Of a DNA stretch of 64,000 nucleotides, positions 12,501 through 22,878 are shown piece after piece. This stretch comes from Lama guanicoe (taxonomy: Eukaryota): NCBI GenBank assembly GCA_013239625.1, contig MU055549.1, forward strand, positions 744,001 through 808,000. Reading direction: 5' to 3'. Each line of letters starts with the position of its first letter. The first letter of the stretch is position 1. A program made the position numbers and the translations under genes. The notes below the pieces were generated by a model. That model saw only the letters and a program-made list of their open reading frames with translations, did not search any database and was not told where the DNA came from.

Positions 12501-14547
12501 CTGACAAGCCATCCAGCCACAGGTTTTAAAGAGCCACGTGTGCATGAAAACCCTCCAGAAATGACTGCGCGATCCGAGACCCACGATTCACTTAAACTCC
12601 ACCGACTGTCTCCCTCTCTGGAAGTGCCAGACAACAGGGCCCGGGCTCCCCTCGTGCGCGGTGTGCGGACCTGAGAGGTCGGGGCGGGGTCACGGGGCGG
12701 CGGGGCGGGCGGTGTCAGGGCCAGAACACGGGCTGCTCTGGGGGGGGGTGTCCCAGGGTGGCACTTAGGTCCCCGCAGAGACGCCGCACAGCCGGACGAC
12801 TCACGGGAGGGGCTGCCTGGAGGCCGGGGCAAGGGAGCCCCGGGAAGAGCCCCCAGCCGGGCGCCTGCTGATGAGAGCAAGTGGCGGGCTGTGGGGGACA
12901 GGCTGCAGCCCTGAGGGTGGGGGTGTCCCGGCCACCCTCCCGCGCCGCCTGCACCCGCAGAGGCCCCACTCCCTGCCCCACCGCCTGGGCTCAGCCCCGG
13001 TGTCCCGGGAGCTGGAACGGCCTGTGGGTCCCGCTGGGCCCCCCAGCACCCGAGCCCGGGCGCCCCGCATGGCAGTCAACGGGGCGTCCGACTAGGACAT
13101 AACGAAGCCTAGGACAGACGGGTAATTCACTGTGTGTTAACTGACCTCCTCGCGGGAAGGGACACGTAAATGTGTAACATTTATGACTTTCACTAGCAGT
13201 TAAACTCATGCTCTGCACCTGATGTCACACACAGAGGCCCACACAGGGCAGGGCAGACAAGGACACCAGAGGGCCGCTCACCGCCCTCCCAGCTCCGGAC
13301 GTGCACGGGCCCCAGAGCGTCCCGGGTGTGCTCGGCCAGCGCTGGGTCTGTCACCAGCTGCCCACAGGGCAGGACACCAGGGCCGTGGGGCCAGAGACAG
13401 GCCTGCCCCTCGGGGCCCAGCGGAGGGGGCCGGCGGGGCCTGGGGAGGCTGGGCCCAGGTGCAGGGCGGCGAGGCAGGTGGAAGGCGAGGGCCCCGGAGG
13501 GGAGGCTGGTGTGCACGGTCCTGGCCCCCTGGAGTAACAGCTATTTGTGAGAACTGTGTACTGAGCACAGGACTTCAGGTGCTTCCTTATCTGCGTTGTT
13601 TGTTGGGAAAGCGATCAAGAGAAAGGGCCCCATGTCTTCCTGAAGGGAGAGGAGGAGGGACCTGGGGAGACCTGACAAAAGCTGAGCAGCCCATCAAACT
13701 CCGGTGCTTCTGGTCACCCGGCGTCCTGGGTGACTTTCAGAGCAGCGTGCAGCTCCCGGAGGACTCACAGCTGCTCCCCAGACGGGCAGCCCTCCAGCCC
13801 GAGGTGGCGGAGTTTGGTTTCACAGCCATGCTGCTCGAGGGAGACCTGGGCTGTTACCCAACAGGGAGTGTGCAGCCCCGGGAGCACCGCCTGCATGGCA
13901 CGCGCACGGCCGCTCGCACTCCGGAAGGAAGAGGGAACCGTGCCTCTTCAGGAGCCCTGGCTGTGCCACCCCCACTGCCATTGCCTGCGCCACAACCTCC
14001 AGGAGCCAAACGCCAGCTCAGTCCCCGCAACAGACACCAGACCCTGCCCTCCACCTACCCCCGCCAATCCCGGCCTGAGTCCAGAGCCTCCACCCTTTGC
14101 CATGGTGTCTGTCCTATGAGGAAGAAAAGGCCACTTTGGAAACTTCCCTGACCTTTCCTAATGTGCTGGCAGCTGGCCGGTCACCATGGTCAGCTCTGGT
14201 CTTTCCAGGGCTCCTCTCAGGGACCCTCGGGGTGAGCGGGGGCTGCGCTGGGCAGAGCAGACTCACTGGGCCAATACCAGCCAGCGCGACCAGTTCTCAC
14301 AGGCTCACGGCCTTGGGAAGGGGAGGCTGAGTGAAGGGCCTGGCTCCCTGTGCCCCCGGCATCTCACACGGGCAGGTTTCAACCAGACGGCACCGCACCC
14401 GGGGTCTCCAAGGGCAGAACCCACGGGACCTTGGACCCTGATAACTGACTGATCCAAACTCGAAATGAGGAAGGAAAAGCCAGCAGAACCAGAGGAAGGT
14501 TTACTGTCCTCAGTGGAACCCATCCGTCTACTTGAAAACACTCCGAG

Positions 14548-14913
14548 TGGTCAGAGCCCCCCGCACAGGGGCCCCACTGGTCAGAGCCCCCCCGCACACA
14601 GGGGCCCCTCTGGTCAGAGCCCCCCACACAGGGGCCCCTCTGGTCAGAGCCCTCCACGCACAGGGGCCCCTCTGGTCAGAGCCCCCCATGCACAGGGGCC
14701 CCACTGGTCAGAGCCCCCCACGCACAGGGGCCCCTCTGGTCAGAGCCCCCCACGCACAGGTGCCCCTCTGGTCAGAGCCCCCCACGCACAGGGGCCCCTC
14801 TGGTCAGAGCCCCCCACGCACAGGTGCCCCTCTGGTCAGAGCCCCCCACGCACAGGGGCCCCTCTGGTCAGAGCCCCCCACGCACAGGGGCCCCTCTGGT
14901 CAGAGCCCCCCGC
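14548..14913. repeat. Minisatellite, about 11.5 copies of a 30-33 bp unit (mode 32), TGGTCAGAGCCCCCCACGCACAGGGGCCCCTC
   Basis: Units start at 14548, 14578, 14611, 14641, 14673, 14705, 14737, 14769, 14801, 14833, 14865 and 14897 (partial). Confidence 0.97.
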
Positions 14914-15576
14914 TGCCACTCAGTCTCTAGAGGAGGGAGAGTCACTGGCTCCTGAGGCCGCTGCTTGGAGAGGAGCGCACGGAGCCTGGGCTCCTACTGC
15001 TGTTTCCACCAGCGCACGCCCAGTGTGCAACACACTGGGCAGGAGCCTGCCTCCCACACCCAGGCCTGGATGGAGACGCGCACCTGGGGCGGGGTGGGGA
15101 GGCGGGGCCCCCCCTTTGCTGCAGCCCCAGGGGAGCTGCGGAGGCACGACCACCGTCCCAGAGCCGAGGAGCTGTCACACCGCTGTCATGGAGAGGCTGG
15201 CACTGCGCAGAGGAGGCCACGCTGCAAGGCTACGTGGCTGGGATGGTGGGGGTCCGGGCCAGGGTCACACCTGCACCTGTCGCTCAGCGGGGGCATCACC
15301 CCAGGGGCCTGAGGGTCACACACGTGGCCCTCAACTCCCACAGCTGGGAAACCTGGTCCGGGCAGCGCCAGGCAGGAGCCAGCCAACCAGCCAGCGGTAC
15401 CGAGGGCCCCCGGCTCACCTCACCTCAGATAACGCCCCTCTCTGACAATAAGATCTTCTTCGTTAGGAGTTTGTCTTAAAAGAACCAGCGAGTAGGATGG
15501 CGCGAACACTCCAGCCAACGGCCTCGCTGCTGCTTCCGGACAGGATTGAACACACAGTGGAAGCCGGGGCGCCTAC

Positions 15577-15661
15577 CTCCACCACGGACTTGGAATCCAG
15601 TCGGAAGTTGAAATCACCAAACACGAAGTAGGACGCCTTCTCGAACCTCTGGTCGCTGATC
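15577..15661 (-). CDS. INPP5A: INPP5A exon 9, 85 nt, (R)ISDQRFEKASYFVFGDFNFRLDSKSVVE
   Basis: gtaactcctccccctctcctccag|GATCAGCGAC...GTGGAG|gtaggc. It carries the catalytic GDxN(F/Y)R motif and is visible in ORF 15463..16020. Confidence 0.97.
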
Positions 15662-16674
15662 CTGGAGGAGAGGGGGGAGGAGTTACCAGGTGTGCTGAGC
15701 CCACCCACCCGCCAGCCCGCATCTGTCCCACGCACTCCCACACGCGCGCTTCCTGCCGCGGAAGACAGACTTGTCCGGAATCTACCGTGGACCCATCTGC
15801 ATGGAGGCGTGTGCGCCAGCGCGGCCCCTCGCTGGGTGGGAACCACAGCCACGCCGGGAAGGAAAGGGGCGGGAAAGGACTCAGAGAAGTGGCGGGGAGC
15901 TGGGGGGAGATGGGGGGGTGGCACGTGCAGGGCAAGCACGACACCCAAGCCGCTCTCCCCGGCCCTTGGATGGCTCCTCCTGGTCAGTGGGGGACACTGA
16001 ACTCGCTCTCCAAGTGTCACTCGGGGATAATTTCAAAGTTACAAAGTAAGAGCAATTCCATTTTTTTACACCAGGTACTGCCTTGCTCAAAAATTCTGCC
16101 CATGTTTTAAATCAATCACAATTCATTTCACAAAGATTTTTCAACTGAAGAAGGCAAACCCAGCAAATGTCGGTCAGCGGTTATGTCGGCAGCCCCCTCA
16201 CAGGCCTCTCCTCCCGGTGACGGTGACCAGGCTGGGAGCACCGCTCACCCCGACCCTTTGCCCACCCACGCAGCAGCGGGAGCCCAGGCTGGGCCGGGGG
16301 GAGGGAAGAGCGCGCCCATCACCGCCAACTCCAGAGCAAAATGAGAACCACTGCTGACAAGACAGCTGTGTGAGAGCCGTGGTCCGTGAGCAAGGAAGGT
16401 CCGGCGAACGCAGTCCCCAACCTCCCACGCAGCTGCGGCTGCAGAAGGCACGGGGCTGGGGGCTAGGGCAGCGGACAGACCAGACCGTGCGCGGGGATGG
16501 ACTTTGAGGAACTAAATGTTATCGGGTGGCAAAGCCAGGGAGCACCGTGGCCCACGTGCACCCCAATCCCTCTGGCTGGTGACCTAGAAACCCACGAGCC
16601 GCAGTGCAGGCGGGAGCGGGCGCGCCGGGGTGTGGGCGGGCAGGGCTGCGACACTGGAATGACAGGGCAATATG

Positions 16675-16791
16675 GTGAGAGGAAGGTGACTACGTCTATT
16701 TATTTATTTTTACAGGAGGCACTGGGGATCAAACCCAGGACCTTGTGCCTGCTAAGCATGTGCTCCACCACTTGAGCTATATCCTCCCCCC
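16675..16791 (-). mobile_element. tRNA-Ala-derived SINE, camelid Vic-1 type, flanked by a 16-bp target-site duplication
   Basis: Minus strand reads GGGGGGAGGATATAGCTCAAGTGGTGGAGCACATGCTTAGCAGGCACAAGGTCCTGGGTTTGATCCCCAGTGCCTCC-TGTAAAAATAAATAAATAG.., with A box TAGCTCAAGTGG and B box GGTTTGATCC. The direct repeat ATGACAGGGCAATATG is at 16659-16674 and 16792-16807. The family name is from recalled consensus. Confidence 0.88.
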
Positions 16792-17249
16792 ATGACAGGG
16801 CAATATGACAAAATTTAGGTTTTTATGACAGAACCACAAGGTTGAGTGGGAGCGACACAGCGGCTGTGTTTCCAGCTCTGCAGGGTGGGTGCCACGTCCT
16901 CAGTGGGCGGTGCCCCCTCCAGGGGACAGTCGCGTCCCTGCCGTGGGTGTGGTAGCCTGGGCGCCCTGCCCGTGTGGCCGCATTGGAGGGGACGCAGCCC
17001 TGGACAGCGAGCAGGCTGCCCCCTGCGCCCGGAGCCTGCGCTCCCTCCTGCTTGCACCTGCCTGGCTCTTCCCGCTCTGTGCCTTCTGCTGCTTTGACCT
17101 CTTCTGAGACGGGCGTGGTGACGCTGGGTTCACAGCACCCGAGCCACACACAAGCCTTGACTTCCACGCAGGCCCCCCGCCCCGACCCCGGCTGCTGGTG
17201 CTTCTTCTGAGGCCGATCCACGACAAGTTCTCTCATCTCCAAGGCGAGT

Positions 17250-17660
17250 TGCGCCATCAGCCTTTAATCTATCTGGAATTACGCGTGAAGCAGGGATCTG
17301 AGTTTATGGATTTTCCCAGCGTCGATCGATCCGAGCCATTCCCTCTCATGCCACCCTCGTCCCCGAGCTCGTGCAGAGTCCCCGAGTCACACCGGTCTTT
17401 CTGAGACTCTGTTCTTCTCTGCAGACGTCTGATCTATTCCCAAACACTTCCCACTAGCAGGACTTTCTATAGGGAAGCCCTTCTTGTTGAAATTCCTTCA
17501 AAAATTATCTCAACTGTTTTTAAATTTCTCTTGCATATTAATTGCCGTATCATCTTGCTAAATTCCAGGGAGTCTCATTACCCTTTTAAATTGGATTAAC
17601 TCTCATACACTTGAATTTGAAGAGGAAAGGACGTATTGTAACAGACTGTCATTAACAGTG
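17250..17660 (-). mobile_element. Highly diverged L1M ORF2 fragment
   Basis: T-rich block with antisense-L1-like words (ctttaatctatctggaatt..gcagggatctgagttt; ttccttcaaaaattatctcaactgttttt..catattaatt..atcatcttg). Confidence 0.55.
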
Positions 17661-20014
17661 ACGATGGCCAGAAGTTTCACTTCTTTTGAAGTTACGTCTT
17701 CCTGCAGAGGAAATACTGCCCAGAGATGGGACACGGGGCACTGGCAGGGACACCGGTGGGTCAGCCCTGGCTCGCCCACGTCACGTACACACGTGTGGCA
17801 TGTGTGTACAGCTGGCCCTTGGACGAGACGGGGTGAGGGGCGCCAGGCCTCCACTCGGCAGCAAATCCACGTATAGCGCAGAGTTGGCCCCAAATCCGCG
17901 GTTCTGCGTCTGCAGATTCAATCAACTGCAGCGGTGCCATCCCACGGCGTCTCCCGCTGAAAATGCAGTGACCTATGCAGCCTGGACCCGTGCTGCTCCA
18001 GGCCGGAGGTCTGGGTCACGATGCAGGTGTGTGGTGGGTGTCAGCGCACATGTCACGTGAGCACGTGTGGCATAACATACGTGTGTGCCTGCACGCCCAA
18101 GTGTCAGGTCCGTTTCTGATCAAGTGCCCCTCCGCCCCATGAGCCTGAGGGGACGACCCCAGGCTGAGGACCCTTCGCAGAGCAGGGGCCTGCCCGTGCC
18201 CGCCAGCTCTGGACCAACTCTGGGTCCGTTCACCCCCATCACGTCGGGCTTTAACGAGTGCACCACGCTCAGTCGCGGCCGCCACGCCGGTCCTGGGGTC
18301 CCCGGGGGCCTTGAGGAGGTGACAGAAGACGGAGGTGGATCCCGCCTGGGGGCCCAGGGTCCCCACAGCCAAGAGTGGCTCCCGCGATGCCCGCAGGCAT
18401 GTCAGCGCCGCCGTCCCCTGCTGCCCGCGGAGCGGCGCCCAGCGGACCGACCATCTCACTGCGATGGGCAGGGAAGGAACTTAAAAGAAGCACGAGCAGC
18501 CGACACCCGGAGTGTGTATTAAGGAAGCAAGCAACTGTTCGGCTAATTAAACGGCAGACCCTACCTTGAGGCAACCTCCTTTTTAAAAAACGACAAATTT
18601 CAGATTTAGTTTGGGGCTGAATCAACTATAACAGCTTTGGCGGTCCGGAGGGAGAGCAGGCTGCGTCGCACGGCCTCTTCCAGCAGCGTGTCCTGAGTCT
18701 GGTGATGCCGTCGTTAGGGCCTGAGCTCCCTGCCTGCTCCTCTCGACGTGAGGGCCTCGGCCCATCAACAACAAGCCCCACTCTGAAGAGCGGGAGACAC
18801 AGCAGCGGGAGGGGAGTGCCCCAGAGCCTCTGCTCCCCGCCACCCCGTGCACTCACTTTTAATTTCAATATAGCGCCATTTGGGCCAGGAAGAAAGAAGA
18901 GTTGTTTTAAAATTAATTACCTTGTCAGGAGCTATTATGATTAAAAAGTAGTCCCCGTCAATACCGGGGGCCTGATTCAAAACGAGAATCACAAGAAAGG
19001 CCGTAAAGATCAATGCTTCAGGCCTTGAGAACAGCCTCCGTCCTGACGGGCGATTCTGTCACATGATGGACACCGCGCAGAGGGGCCGCCCCGCGGGAGG
19101 GAGGGGTGCCGACCAAACATTCGAGGGCACATGTTTCTACCTAGGGCGTCTGCCCGCTGGCCGTGGGCAGGATCAGACCTTCACCCCAGGACTGGGAGTC
19201 AGGCCAGTGAGGGGCTGGCGTGCCCGGTCGGCTGGCACCAGGATCCTTCCTGTGTTGACTTTAACTGTGGAACGTGGTGGTACCGACAGACATCTGAGAT
19301 CGGGCGAGGCCACATCCTCAGAGCAAAACCATGCCCACAGAAGGCGACTGAGACTGGCAGCTGACCCCAGAGTTCAAGCTGCCCTTCGCCTGAAGCAGCT
19401 GACGGAAGGTTCATCGCGCACACCTAACTGCCTTCAACAGACTGACGTCACGCTTGGCTCCCCGCCTACCCGCCCAGTGCTGCCCTGGGCTCGGGCCTGG
19501 GCGGGCAGGCAGCCCCCAGGTGGACAGTCATACTTTGTTGTCCCAGACGCGCATGGGGCAGAGTAGGGAGGGTCCCGGAGAAGCAGAAAGGCTTCTGTCA
19601 GCAGAACCTGAGCCAGCGCCGGGCGAGCCGCCATGTCCCTCCCGCGTCAGGTGAAGTGACTTGCCCACCGGCAGCGCACAGTCAGGGCACCACGCGCCCT
19701 CCGGCCCAGGGTGTCCTGACTTCCCCAGCATGCTGTCCTGGCCAGGAATGCGCACGCCCCTCCAGCGGGCAGGCTGAGCCCAGTGCAGGTGACACTCACA
19801 TGGGACGGACCTGGGGAAGTCGCAGCACGCTAAGGCCACTGCCTGAGGCAGTGAGAACAGAGAGTGAGCTGGGCCAGCCGTGTGGCCAAGGAGACGTCAG
19901 TGACGAGTCCGGGCCTTTCCCTGGTGACTGCTCCCTGTTTCTGAAACTCCCTCTCATCTCAGCCAGCTCGTGGCCAGCACTCATAGCCCACAGGGCACTG
20001 AACCATCTCCCACA

Positions 20015-20300
20015 CTCCTCTGATGTGGCTTCCAGGAGACAGGCCCTAAGGAGGTGATGAAGGTTATGGGGTCATGGGGGCCCTGGTCCTCGTAAGAAAG
20101 ACACTAGAGCACCTTCTGTGCCGTGAGAACACAGCAACAGGGCAGCCGGCCGCCGTCCAGCCGGGGAGCGGGCCTTCCAGACCTGATCACGCGGGCCCCG
20201 TCCGGGACCTCCAGCCCCAGAGCTGTGGGAGACGGAGCGGTGGCTGCAGCTGCGGGTTTGCGGGAACCTGCCGGGCCTGCGTTTCCACTCTGTACACCGA
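20015..20300 (+). mobile_element. MaLR LTR relic (MLT1A-like)
   Basis: ggagacaggccctaaggaggtgatgaaggtt..ggtcctcgtaagaaagacactagag..gtgagaacacagcaa..acctgatcacgcgggcccc..ggacctccagccccagagctgtgggaga is colinear with the recalled MLT1A LTR layout. Confidence 0.7.
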
Positions 20301-22435
20301 GGCCGCTGCCTCTGTAGGTGGGGCCGGGGCAGGAGGCACTTCTCAACCGCTAAGGCACTTCGCCAGCCTCCACAGGGACAGGCTCCTGTCGGTGACCCCT
20401 CCCTGTCAGAACGTCAGAACTCGTTAAGGCAGAGAATCAGCAGGTGCTTTGATGTGTTCTCTCAAGAGCATCACAATGTTAAATGCGCATCTTCTTCAGA
20501 GGCCACCACAGCCAGAGGAGCGGAGCAGACCTTTAGCCTCCTGGGACCACTCAGGTCTCCACTTAAGTGGTGGAGGAAGCAAGACTGGGGCACTTAGAAA
20601 GCCAGGGAGCCTTTACACCTTCGATGCCAGCAGACACCGGACCCAGTGCTCAGGAAACGCAGACTACTCTGTGTTCACAGCCTGACCTTTAGCAAAACCC
20701 TGAGCCGCCCCAGAGGAAGGCCAGCAAGACGGCTGTTGGGTGCGGGGTGGGAGGGAGCTGCCCCGAGGGGACACAGTGCAGCACGGACGTGACAGCCAGG
20801 AGCAAGAGCTGCAGAGGGAGGCGCTGGCGCCGCCATCCCCACGACCCTGCAGAACTTTACCTAAGGTGCTGGCGGAAGCCCGCGTGCCCCAAAGGGACAC
20901 GATGCAGACTCGGGACAAAACACAGCACGGCGCACGCGCCAAGCCCGGGACTGGGGCGGGAGTGAGCGCGTGTCCAGGGAACGTCGGCACGGGCTTGGGA
21001 AGGGGCACAAGAGGGTCAGGACAGAGAGCAGGGGCGTCTGGAGCACCCACGTGTCCTTCCTGAACAGAAGGACGAGTGTGGAAAAGCACAAATGTGTGGC
21101 TGCTGAGTGGAGGGCAGGAACTTCCACCACCGCCCTCCACGCTGGCCTGGGTGCTCGGGTTAGCTTTCAGTAAAGGACACGTCACAGAGCCACGGCCACC
21201 AGAGCTGTGAGGAACCGTGAGCTCACAGACGTCACACACATCCTCCTGGGGCCGGCCGGCCTGCCCAACGCTAGAAACACAGGGGAGCCCAGAGCCCTCA
21301 GCTGAGGAGTGTGGGCCCGTGCTGCCCGTCGGACCCGGGACTCTCGTGTCCGTGCTGGGCCCCACACAGACACGGGACACTCAGGCGCTGGAGGGCCCAG
21401 GCTGGAACCAGGACAGGGTGCGGCAGCCGGCTCCCCAGGCCGTCGGGCGGGAGGCGAGGTCAGGGCGGCCAGCCAGGCGGGGCGTCCTGGTGACCTGCAC
21501 CCGGAGCAGGGAGTCAGCCTCCGCCTGGAGACCTGTGGCTTTTCTTCTGCTGGCTGCTCAGCGAGGCGAGCTCTGGGAACGGCCGGGAGAGAAACCCTGA
21601 GACCGGGGTCTTTGAGCAGCTGACAGCTGACTGATGACCGCCCGCGGGACGACAAAGGGGCCCTGTGTGGCGGCCGCATCACACCGCCTCACCCTGGGAA
21701 ACTAATTGCTCGGAATTGTTCCGGGCAGCATTATTTTTCTGGCAATCATTTTCTTTGAATGCCCAAAATGAGCGTGAAACAAGTCTTTTGACTGGACATA
21801 AAAGTTAAATGTCCCAATGTTGATCAAATTAACTTCAGCGCTGTGACAACGGACTGTATTTGTGAGGAGATACTGGGGGGACAAAGGGGCGCTTTATGCC
21901 CAGATTTCATAGTTGTGATGTAAAAATGTTCCTGCGAACCTGGCCGGGCTGCATTTCAAAGGGGAGACACAAGAGCCCTGTCACTTGTGGAAAAAAAACC
22001 TCGTTTCACAGCAGAAAGCTTGGGAGACTTCAGGAAGGACTGTGTGAGTGGAGGTGTCTGCCCCTGTTCACCGCCCCAAATGCTCCCCAAGACCGTGACT
22101 GCCGGCCTGGGAGAGGGCCATCCCCACGGGGGGCACAGAGGGGCAGGCGGCCCCCACAGCCCACCCCACGGCCCCGTGGAGGGTCCGAGCCACTCCTCCA
22201 GGCAGTCGGGACCCCAGGCCCTACGCAGAGGCCGGGACACCCGGTGTGGCTGCCCACTCCCAAGTCTCCGAGCTTAACGCTCTTCACTAATAAAGAGGTT
22301 TGTCTCCTTTTAACTTGTAAAACGAGAGACTTACAGTAAAATATTCGTTGCACAAGAAACATCAAGATTATCACTTGCAATAAAAGCCCAGGTGAACCCA
22401 CTGGCTGCCCCTTGTTAACACTGGGAACGCTGTTT

Positions 22436-22878
22436 TCCGACGCCAACGTGAGTCCGCCCACGACGCCGGCGCAGCTACCAGGTGCTGCTTGGAGCCTCGG
22501 CTCAAAGGTTATACATTCCAGATGAGAGTTTCCCTCTCGGGTTTTTTTAAGTAAGCTCTGAAGTTTGGAATAACCTTAGATTTACAGGAAAGGTGCGAAC
22601 GCAGCACCAGGTGCCTCTCATTTTAACCCGAGGACCCACACCCCCCCGCCCCCCACATCCGACGCCAACGTGAGTCCGCCCACGACGCCGGCGCAGCTAC
22701 CAGGTGCTGCTTGGAGCCTCGGCTCAAAGGTTATACATTCCAGATGAGAGTTTCCCTCTCGGGTTTTTTTAAGTAAGCTCTGAAGTTTGGAATAACCTTA
22801 GATTTACAGGAAAGGTGCGAACGCAGCACCAGGTGCCTCTCATTTTAACCCGAGCCCCCACACCCCCCGCCCCCCACT
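22436..22878. repeat. Tandem duplication, period 222 bp
   Basis: 22436-22632 is identical by eye to 22658-22854 (197 bp). Each copy is followed by a similar but non-identical C-rich tail of about 25 bp. Confidence 0.96.

Noticed and set aside
14548-14913. CRISPR-like appearance (~32-bp palindromic repeats)
   Set aside because: The units are head-to-tail with no unique spacers, there are no cas genes, and the context is a mammalian intron.
14465-15445. 326-aa ORF with repeated GPSGQSPP/TGAPLVRAP/QGPLWSEPP peptides
   Set aside because: It is the translation of a stop-free 32-bp minisatellite cycling through three frames, not a repeat protein.
16715-16791. tRNA-Ala(AGC)-like sequence
   Set aside because: It has a mutated B box, an AATAAA-containing tail and a flanking TSD, so it is a SINE rather than a tRNA gene.
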